Below, one piece after another: positions 56,602-64,000 of a DNA stretch of 64,000 bases. Position 1 is the stretch's first letter, and every line of letters begins with the position of its first letter. The notes under the pieces are model-generated. The model was given only the letters and a program-made list of their open reading frames with translations, made no database searches and had not been told where the DNA came from. A program made the position numbers and the translations under genes. This DNA comes from a virus (Duplodnaviria; Caudoviricetes): positions 1-64,000 of the IMG/VR virus record IMGVR_UViG_3300037714_000266; one strand, 5' to 3'.

Positions 56602-57249
56602 CTACCCGTTGAGTGTCGTCAGAGCCATTACCCTGGACCACTCTTGCTGCTTCTTCTTCTTCCGCTTCACCGGGGCGACACGACGCAATGGAGTTCCTAT
56701 CGGAACCGGCGCCGTAGCGATGTTACCCGTACCCATGACCCCGCCCGTGCCCGCGTGGGTTGCGCCCTGCTTCACGGGACCAAGCACCGCACCAGAGGTC
56801 GTCATTTCAGTTTTGGCGGTCTCCATGCATACCTTGCAGTCGATGTTCACGCCGGGTTCTGAGCCGCACTTCTTGCATCCACCGTTACCGCCGACATTGA
56901 TGAGCGCCATCATCTTTGCGTAGCGACCACCAACCTGTGCAGACGTCTGCACCGCTTCGGTAGCATCCTTGCCGATGGCATCGTCGTCAGATCCGGAACC
57001 GCCGTGCGTTTGGGTTTTTGGCTCCTGCGGCGTATTGGCGTCGGTCTTTTTCCCCTTTGTGGCCTTTTTCTTCTTCTGGCGACGGTATCCAACGATCCCT
57101 TCTTCGCCGCCATCGCCGTCCATGCTGCCGCTCATCTGAAGAAAGAAGGCACTCAGGGGCAGGAATATCTTCCCTGGTCCCATCTTAGAGGTCTTGCCCT
57201 CGGCCCCCACGGGCCCGCCAACGGTCTTGGTTCCACCTGGATACGGCAC
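56602..57249 (-). CDS. Hypothetical low-complexity K/G-rich protein
   Basis: 215-aa ORF with a CxxC pair. Confidence 0.45.
   Translation of the reverse strand: MPYPGGTKTVGGPVGAEGKTSKMGPGKIFLPLSAFFLQMSGSMDGDGGEEGIVGYRRQKKKKATKGKKTDANTPQEPKTQTHGGSGSDDDAIGKDATEAVQTSAQVGGRYAKMMALINVGGNGGCKKCGSEPGVNIDCKVCMETAKTEMTTSGAVLGPVKQGATHAGTGGVMGTGNIATAPVPIGTPLRRVAPVKRKKKKQQEWSRVMALTTLNG
56937..56952. repeat. 16-bp palindrome GTGCAGACGTCTGCAC, copy 5 of 5
   Basis: Read directly; inside a CDS. Confidence 0.95.
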
Positions 57250-57282
57250 GACACAGAGCCTACCTCAGAAGGTGATGGTCGG

Positions 57283-57666
57283 TCACGCTGCGGGTGGGAA
57301 GTCAGTCAACCCGTCGATGACGTGTAGTTGAGCAAAGCGCACAACAGGCTTTCGCACAGGAGGGTCTCCTGGATAGACCACCCATGCGTCATATCGGTAC
57401 TCACCGGTCTTCAGGGATTCCGTCTCGTTACTAGTGAGGGTGATAATCGCTTTACCATTGGCTCCGTCCGTGATCTGAATGCCGTCATCTACGCTGGTTT
57501 TGGCGATCAACACATCCTCGTTTGGACCGCGACGAACGGTCATGTAGATCGTGGCTCCACCGATATTCGCAGCTCGTCCGGTCTTCTGCTTGACCTCGAT
57601 CTGGATGTCCTTGGTCTCTCCTCGAACAACCTCGATCTTGTTGAGTCTAGTGGGTGGATGCGGCAT
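57283..57666 (-). CDS. BppU-N-like Ig-fold virion protein
   Basis: VRGET..I.I.V...N..GATI.M.V...DG.NGKA.I.L...ET..L..G.Y.YD.WV. Confidence 0.65.
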   Translation of the reverse strand: MPHPPTRLNKIEVVRGETKDIQIEVKQKTGRAANIGGATIYMTVRRGPNEDVLIAKTSVDDGIQITDGANGKAIITLTSNETESLKTGEYRYDAWVVYPGDPPVRKPVVRFAQLHVIDGLTDFPPAA

Positions 57667-57675
57667 CTGAACTCC

Positions 57676-58137
57676 TCAATGGGATGTCCCGTCAGTATCT
57701 CCTATCACATCATCGCCCAAGTCGACGGTGGCCGTCTCATCTTCCGCATCCACTACCCCTGTGTCGCTATCGGAGACAGCCGCTGTCGTCATGTCGCTCA
57801 CATCGGCCCCTCCAACAACGTCGTCCTGTGATCTCGTGATCGCGCTTAGGTCCATGGATGTGACCACGGCGTCCCAGTCCCAAGCTGCACCGTTGATCTG
57901 GATGATGTAGTGCCCAGTATCGGTGATGGTCGCTTCGAAGCTGAGTTTCGGGAAATCTCGGATCATGGCCGAGAAGTCCTGGGCCGTGAGCACCGCCCAC
58001 TCACTGTCATCAACCGTCGTATGCGCTAGGTCAGGAAACAGCGGAACGACATCTGAGAAGATGATGTAGCCACGCGTCGCGATACCGAACTTGCCGTCGA
58101 GAAGTCCGCGAGTAGCGATATGCAACGGATGTAGCAC
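57676..58137 (-). CDS. Hypothetical acidic virion protein
   Basis: Operon packing in the structural region. Confidence 0.5.
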   Translation of the reverse strand: MLHPLHIATRGLLDGKFGIATRGYIIFSDVVPLFPDLAHTTVDDSEWAVLTAQDFSAMIRDFPKLSFEATITDTGHYIIQINGAAWDWDAVVTSMDLSAITRSQDDVVGGADVSDMTTAAVSDSDTGVVDAEDETATVDLGDDVIGDTDGTSH

Positions 58138-58920
58138 TTAGTCTCCGCGCTGAACGATGACGTTCTCACCCACTTCGGCATGATTCAGAACGATATTGCC
58201 AACCTCTTGCTTTGTCTTCGAGACGCTCAGTGGTGATTCTGGATCGAGTCCGAGGAGTTGCCAAATCTCAGCAATCTTCGTCAGCGTTTCTGGATCAATC
58301 ACGCCTCCGCTGCCGGTACTCGCGGTGACGCCAAGTTGACCTAGGACGACAACCTGATCTCCGCTGCTAGGCGCAAACGGAAGCACTGGATCGAGCGTGA
58401 AGGCTCCGTCGGTGGTCGAGTATCCAGAGATCCTCCTCGCCACAGTTCCACTCGCGCTCCTGACGACGAGGACAAGTCCTGTGTAAAAGTCGTTGGCCTG
58501 TGTTGCGTTGGTCAACACCAAAGAAGTTGTGCTTCCTGGCGCTGCGGTTAGCACCGCTGCGATCAGTGAATTCTGAAGAACAAGGATCTCACCAGCAACT
58601 GTGTCGATGTCTTCTTGGGTCACAAACGCCGTGGTGAGCGCCGTGAGTTGGATCAGCGGCTCTTCGTTTTCGATCTCAACGACCGCGATGTACTTCCCCA
58701 CCCCATGAGTCGTGAGAAACGCCGATGGGAAATCGAAGTAGTAGACTCCCGGTTTGATCGAACTTTCGCTCACGGCGAGAAGCGTCGATGCGTCGTCATC
58801 AGGGTTTATCAGTGTGACGGTAAATGCACCTGCAAGTAGTCCAGACTGAAGTAGGTCGTTGACGACTACGCTAAACCAAGATCGAGAGGTCTCGCTGGTT
58901 CGTGAGAAGTGGATCGTCAT
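58138..58920 (-). CDS. Hypothetical virion structural protein
   Basis: Shares the T...DDFY.G..L.V......RR.S.Y...G.F......F.P..GD.V.VL module with the upstream gene. Confidence 0.6.
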   Translation of the reverse strand: MTIHFSRTSETSRSWFSVVVNDLLQSGLLAGAFTVTLINPDDDASTLLAVSESSIKPGVYYFDFPSAFLTTHGVGKYIAVVEIENEEPLIQLTALTTAFVTQEDIDTVAGEILVLQNSLIAAVLTAAPGSTTSLVLTNATQANDFYTGLVLVVRSASGTVARRISGYSTTDGAFTLDPVLPFAPSSGDQVVVLGQLGVTASTGSGGVIDPETLTKIAEIWQLLGLDPESPLSVSKTKQEVGNIVLNHAEVGENVIVQRGD

Positions 58921-60309
58921 TTACTTCACCGCGACGTTTGCGACTACCGTGTTGCTCAACACGATCACCTTAGCGCCCAGGGTCGGTGTGAATCCCAGCG
59001 AAATAGAGAACCTGAAACTTCCGTCAGTGAGGTCGTACCGACTCACTCTTCGTGGCACGAAGAGTCCTCGAACCGTGTCCTCCACAAGAACGTTGGCGCC
59101 AACCCAGTAGTCATCTGGTTCTGTGCGCGGCGTGGAGACTCGGAATGGAGTTGACCCGTTGTTGACCTCGGTCTCCAGCAAGATGGCCGAGTTCTTCAGG
59201 GATGGAAGATCCACGGCTTCGGCAACAACTTCAGCGTTGACCAACCCTGAAGAATCCACCGTTGCTCCGGCCGAGTTGTCGGTGAGTTGACCCACACCGC
59301 GAACGATCAGAGACCCGTTGGTCACGGTATTTTCCAAGACAATGCGGGCGGAGCTGACGTTCAACGAGAAGTCCTCTGCGCCCGTTTTGTTCCGTAGCGT
59401 GAGGCCGCCGAAGTAATCGGTGACCAGTAACTCACTTCCCGAGCCTGCACAGTCGATGACGGGAGTAGTAAATCCTCCGAAGCCATCCTTGCAATTGGCA
59501 GCGTGTAACGATCCTAAGCCACTCAATTCAATCAGGCCGTTTAAAAGCGAGTCGGTGATGTGGCCATGGACGTTGGATAGATCCCCGACGTAGCAATCTC
59601 GGATGTGCGCCTGTCCGCTAAGCGTGCCTTCCAACATCAGGTTTTGGAAGCCGCATTCTTCGGTGTCTGCCGAGACATCCACGGTCAAAGTGATGTTGTG
59701 GTTGACGCCGAGAAAAACATAATCCGAAACGTCGATGCCGGTGAGTGTCAGATCGGACAGTAGGTAAAATGTCGACAGTCCGCGACTGACAGCAATAGCC
59801 AGGGCGTCGGCCATGTTGTTGACTGGGTACGGCTTCGTTCCAACTGGGTACGAGGTTCCAGTGTTGCTCGATCCCACATCGACTGAAACGACATCGCCGA
59901 AACTCGAATGCTGCACCTCTGGAGCATCGAGGAACACGGCATCAGTCAGGTTCGACACCCGCTGTTCCACCAGCACGGTGAAGGTCCCATTGGTAGGAAC
60001 GATCACGCTCTCACCCGCGGGATCGGAGAACATATTCCCCACGAGTGTCAGACGGTGGTCGTATTCAGCCGGACGGAACTTCCAAGGGAACAGCATGAAG
60101 AACGTAGAGCCCAGGTTGGCACTGCCAGAGATTGGATCACCTCCGACGACTCTGAAAGCTTGGGGGTAACCCATACGCGACACATCGGCGAGAAGGTAGT
60201 CCTTCCACTCCGAATAAATCTCAAGCCAACTGATCTCGACATTGGGAAGCCCCGTGTCGATCTCGATGATCCTGAGATTGATCGGATCGAATGTGACGAC
60301 GTCAGGCAT
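58921..60309 (-). CDS. Virion structural protein with a beta-helix-like region
   Basis: 462 aa; GT..YPVNN.ADA..IA motif, beta-rich. Confidence 0.6.
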   Translation of the reverse strand: MPDVVTFDPINLRIIEIDTGLPNVEISWLEIYSEWKDYLLADVSRMGYPQAFRVVGGDPISGSANLGSTFFMLFPWKFRPAEYDHRLTLVGNMFSDPAGESVIVPTNGTFTVLVEQRVSNLTDAVFLDAPEVQHSSFGDVVSVDVGSSNTGTSYPVGTKPYPVNNMADALAIAVSRGLSTFYLLSDLTLTGIDVSDYVFLGVNHNITLTVDVSADTEECGFQNLMLEGTLSGQAHIRDCYVGDLSNVHGHITDSLLNGLIELSGLGSLHAANCKDGFGGFTTPVIDCAGSGSELLVTDYFGGLTLRNKTGAEDFSLNVSSARIVLENTVTNGSLIVRGVGQLTDNSAGATVDSSGLVNAEVVAEAVDLPSLKNSAILLETEVNNGSTPFRVSTPRTEPDDYWVGANVLVEDTVRGLFVPRRVSRYDLTDGSFRFSISLGFTPTLGAKVIVLSNTVVANVAVK

Positions 60310-60711
60310 TTACATCCGGATCGGATTGGCTCGCTTGCACTCGCCACAGAAGAGCCAGTGGCTATGCCCATCGTAGGCAATCTTCTGGCGTGGCGTCTGA
60401 CAGGAGGGACACGTCTCATACTTCCCCGTGTCTGTCATCGTGGGAGGGATCTTCTGAATGATGGCACGCTCCTTCTCCCAGACAGCACTGCACACATGCT
60501 CGATCTCGTGCTCTTGGATCTTCACGGCCGACACGCTGAGATCGTTGAGAATGCTCTCAGCTTCCCGTTTTGCTTTTTCCGGATCCTCGGTCTTGAAATG
60601 GGTAGTCCAGGCGTTCCCCACACGGATCTCCACCACATAGGCTGAGGAATATCGGCGCCACAGACGCTTCTTGTTGACGAATGGATCAGCGCTGGGTCGT
60701 GGTTCGGTCAT
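60310..60711 (-). CDS. Hypothetical zinc-ribbon protein
   Basis: CPSC...CGEC. Confidence 0.5.
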   Translation of the reverse strand: MTEPRPSADPFVNKKRLWRRYSSAYVVEIRVGNAWTTHFKTEDPEKAKREAESILNDLSVSAVKIQEHEIEHVCSAVWEKERAIIQKIPPTMTDTGKYETCPSCQTPRQKIAYDGHSHWLFCGECKRANPIRM

Positions 60712-62381
60712 GGGTTGTTGAAGTTGAGGTCGACAACTTGGTTGAGTGGGAAGTCCTGAGACCCAGCAAACGACACGTTGTTCCTTCGGACCGGAACGTA
60801 TCCCGGACGGATCGCGACGACATCATAGCCAGTGGACGCCTGAAGAGCCGCAGCAAAGGACGTGCCCCCAGCACTCTCGGTCCCATCAGCTTCGGTGCTG
60901 GTGCCCGTGAGATAGACACGTACCTCGGTCCCTGCGGTGATCCCGGTGAAGGTGATGGTGATCGCGGCCTGAACAATCGTAGTGGCGCTCGCGCCGTTGC
61001 GGACGCTAGGGACGTCTCCACCATCAGTCACATTGATCGTGCGGGCCGCCTCGGCATTGTTGTACACCGCGGCGTCGTTTGATCCAGAACTGGGAGTGCC
61101 ATTCGATCCGGGCGTACCGCTGTAGCTACTGAAGAGGTTACCCATCGAGGTTTGGGTCGATGGACCTCCTGTGAGGATCGTGACGCCATGACCATCGGAG
61201 AAGAGGAAGTCGCAAAACTTCACATCTGAGATGTCGTCGGTCTGAACGAAGCCGACGCCGTCTCCACTCGTGGCCTGCAAAATGCGGTTGCGGATGAAGA
61301 TCCCGTTGGACACCAAGGCAATGAGTGAGTCGTTGAGCTGACAACTGATCACTTCGGCTACCGCGGAGTTCGCCGTGAGCCTCTTCATCCCGTTGATATT
61401 CACACCGAAGAGACCAGAAATGTCGTTGTTACCGATTCCGACGAGATCGATGTCGAAGAGCGGACCGCCGGAGAGGATCGCGCCACCCTGCGATCCTGTG
61501 GCGTCATCTCCCGTACCTGCCTTCACCCCCAGTGCGAATTCTGTAGTTCCACCGGCATTGCCGTAGACCTGGAGTCTGTAGAAAGCTCGACCGTCCCCGA
61601 TGTCATCGGCGACGAGTTGATCCTCGAAACCCACCGCTTCATTCACGTCTTCGAATAGATGCGTCGTCGTGTTGTCGGCTCCGAAACGAATACCTGTGTT
61701 GAGAGCGATCGTACCGTTGGCCAAACGCTTGATCGTGCCCCATGCCTTCGTGGGATCGGCAACGTCCCCGGCATCGACGATGTCCTGCCACGTCCAAGGG
61801 ACAACCCCGGTATTAGTCGCCTCCACAGTGATGCCGGGTTGGCTGTCTGGCTGCCTCCAAACGGCCTGTAGCCAAGTGTTGTCCACCATCCGCGGCATCG
61901 TACCGCCAGTGATCGTGGATACACCCACGTAGCGGATTGCCGTCGTCGCAGGTGGTGTGCCGCCGGTGCTATCAGAGATGGCCTTGGCCGCTTCAATGTC
62001 GACGACCAACATGACCCAACCGCCACTGACGGCAGCCGGATAGATATCACTTCCGCCTACGAAAACTTCGAACCAGTTTGTAACCGTTTCACCGGCAAAG
62101 CGTACGGCCAACCCACCATTGGCAAAGGTATCTAGCAGACCGGCTACACCACAGTTGACCCATAGATAGAAGACATTGTTACTCCAGTCCTGGGCGGAGC
62201 CATGATCGTAGAGAAGCCCAGCACGAGTCGACGTAGTGTAGTATCCATAAGAACGAATCCCACGGATGAAGATCTCGGCGTCTGGTGTTCCACCAGCGGC
62301 GCCAGCTAGATCATCAGGCTGGGGTACCGTGTCGCCGGTTTGGAACCCGGACAACAATGTCCGTGCATCGAGGATGGCCAC
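60708..62381 (-). CDS. Large virion structural protein
   Basis: 557 aa, G/T/A/S-rich beta protein, ends in an Ig-like domain. Confidence 0.65.
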   Translation of the reverse strand: MAILDARTLLSGFQTGDTVPQPDDLAGAAGGTPDAEIFIRGIRSYGYYTTSTRAGLLYDHGSAQDWSNNVFYLWVNCGVAGLLDTFANGGLAVRFAGETVTNWFEVFVGGSDIYPAAVSGGWVMLVVDIEAAKAISDSTGGTPPATTAIRYVGVSTITGGTMPRMVDNTWLQAVWRQPDSQPGITVEATNTGVVPWTWQDIVDAGDVADPTKAWGTIKRLANGTIALNTGIRFGADNTTTHLFEDVNEAVGFEDQLVADDIGDGRAFYRLQVYGNAGGTTEFALGVKAGTGDDATGSQGGAILSGGPLFDIDLVGIGNNDISGLFGVNINGMKRLTANSAVAEVISCQLNDSLIALVSNGIFIRNRILQATSGDGVGFVQTDDISDVKFCDFLFSDGHGVTILTGGPSTQTSMGNLFSSYSGTPGSNGTPSSGSNDAAVYNNAEAARTINVTDGGDVPSVRNGASATTIVQAAITITFTGITAGTEVRVYLTGTSTEADGTESAGGTSFAAALQASTGYDVVAIRPGYVPVRRNNVSFAGSQDFPLNQVVDLNFNNP

Positions 62382-62382
62382 A

Positions 62383-62799
62383 CTAGACCGCCTTCATCCG
62401 ACGGTCCCAGGCCGCGATGGCATAAGCAGCGAACGAGTACAACTCATCTTGGGTGTCGACTGGGATGTACACCAGGAAATCTGGAACGCGACCGCCAAAC
62501 TCCTCCGGATTCATGTGGGTCGAGTCGGAGCCGAAGTAGTACGTGGCGGAGACTGGATGTTCGAAGTCCACCAACGAGATCACTCCTCGGACGTAGCGGC
62601 CTTCCTGTGGCGCGAAGACGACGAGAGGATCCTCGGGGAGGTCGGACGCGGAACCGATCGCGATCGCCTCGGACAGGACGAATCCGGTTCCCCGCCCGCC
62701 CCGGCAGTACAGCGCATCAGGAGCGAACGAAGAAAGGATGTACTCCCACTGGCGTGCGCGGGAGTCCACTTCCGTGTGCTGGTACGCTACCGCCAGCAT
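62383..62799 (-). CDS. SPOUT (SpoU/TrmH)-like small protein
   Basis: FEHP...Y.FGSD......VYIP.....LY...A.AI..WDR resembles the SPOUT knot; TAATG coupling to the upstream gene. Confidence 0.5.
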   Translation of the reverse strand: MLAVAYQHTEVDSRARQWEYILSSFAPDALYCRGGRGTGFVLSEAIAIGSASDLPEDPLVVFAPQEGRYVRGVISLVDFEHPVSATYYFGSDSTHMNPEEFGGRVPDFLVYIPVDTQDELYSFAAYAIAAWDRRMKAV

Positions 62800-64000
62800 T
62801 ACGGATTGAAGAAATTCCGCTCGATCTGTGCCGTAACCGGGATCACGAGGGCTGTCGAGGAAATGGTTTGAACCGTGCTCTGGGCGTGCTGTGCCACGCC
62901 CTGGCCAATGGCGCGGGCCACGACGTCGGCATCCGTGCCAGGCGTACGACCGCCTTGGGAGTTGTTCGAGTAGTCGAAACTGAACGCGAAGTCCGTCCCC
63001 GAGACCAAGCCTTGGACAGGCGAGGCCACCGAATCCTCCACGATGATGAAATCTGGCGTATCGATCGCGTGCTCGTCGATGTCGGCCGCGGCTGAGGAGG
63101 TCGTGTCGATCGTGGCACCGTCGTATCTGGTTACGTCCCATTGGCTGGTGCTAGTCAGTGCGGTGACCTGGTAGATGCCATTCATCGCTTCGTCGGCGCC
63201 CACCAAGCCGCTGATCCGAACGTAGGCACCTGCACCGGCATCAAGAGTGGCTGGGAGATTGGCACCGGCCGAATCGAAGGTTCCGTTGGCCCCGGTGTCC
63301 GCAGTGATGACCAGATCCGCGACCGAGGTCCGGATCGTGTGGTCGAAGAGTAGTGCGAACTCGGCCAAGCCGTCGGCCTCCAACGTGGAGTTGAAGTCGA
63401 TCGTAACGGGAACGCTGACGGGGTGCTGCCGCACCAGTCCCAGATTGTCGTAGTAGACCGTGTTATTTCGTGACGACGCGTTCAGATCCGTGATGAAGAC
63501 GCCCGAGCCACCACCATCGGGATTGCGTGGGAATGTATTACCACCGTCCACAGATCCGACCTGAAGCGTCGGACCGACGAACCGCATGAGGCCGTCCATG
63601 GTCACACCGATCGCGACGTCGCCATCTGCGTCGATGTCGGTGGTCTTCCGGAACTGGCGTTGACCCCACTCATAGACTTCGGCGTTGGTTCCGCCGTTGC
63701 CGTCGATGATGATGCCGAAATCATACGGACCACCGACAAGATCACCGGCACCACCCTGCGACTGAGGGGTAGCGAAGTACGTGATCGACATTCCTGTGTA
63801 GGGCGTATCGGCATCGATCGATGCATCCGATGCCGTGATGTCCAGGTCCTCCGCGTTCGCCAAGCCGAACGTGAAGAGACGGTTCGACAAACTGGTTTCA
63901 CCGGCGGCGGCCAGGTTGGCCTGGGAGAACGTTCTCGGACTGCTCAGGCCGGCTGTGCTGCGGACTCTGAGCCGCAGGGTAACCTCGTTGCGGTTGTCGA
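62799..64000 (-). CDS. Virion structural protein (5' end beyond the window)
   Basis: Frame stays open to the window edge; acidic beta-rich protein. Confidence 0.65.
   Translation of the reverse strand, partial: DNRNEVTLRLRVRSTAGLSSPRTFSQANLAAAGETSLSNRLFTFGLANAEDLDITASDASIDADTPYTGMSITYFATPQSQGGAGDLVGGPYDFGIIIDGNGGTNAEVYEWGQRQFRKTTDIDADGDVAIGVTMDGLMRFVGPTLQVGSVDGGNTFPRNPDGGGSGVFITDLNASSRNNTVYYDNLGLVRQHPVSVPVTIDFNSTLEADGLAEFALLFDHTIRTSVADLVITADTGANGTFDSAGANLPATLDAGAGAYVRISGLVGADEAMNGIYQVTALTSTSQWDVTRYDGATIDTTSSAAADIDEHAIDTPDFIIVEDSVASPVQGLVSGTDFAFSFDYSNNSQGGRTPGTDADVVARAIGQGVAQHAQSTVQTISSTALVIPVTAQIERNFFNP

Overview
This window is a segment of a large, high-GC myophage (contractile-tailed) genome. 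Almost all genes lie on the minus strand. From left to right: (1) a TnpB/Cas12f-like gene whose first RuvC aspartate is replaced by Asn, followed by a non-canonical array of 10-nt repeats, one unit of which matches the phage's own genome over 21 nt; (2) an early/accessory region with sigma70-like promoters, a queE-queD-dpdA-like-queC 7-deazaguanine DNA-modification cluster, ndk, a Gp157 protein and a release-factor-like protein lacking GGQ; (3) large low-complexity proteins that look like protease-processed head-internal proteins, plus membrane/lysis-like genes; (4) a plus-strand island with about 40 tRNA genes covering all 20 amino acids and two HNH genes, one of which splits tRNA-Gly(GCC); (5) a baseplate, tail-fibre, tape-measure and chaperone module. 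A perfect 16-bp palindrome (GTGCAGACGTCTGCAC) recurs five times at 12-16 kb intervals. All assignments are by eye from motifs; no database searches were run. tRNA coordinates may be off by a few bases, and the repeat searches were not exhaustive.
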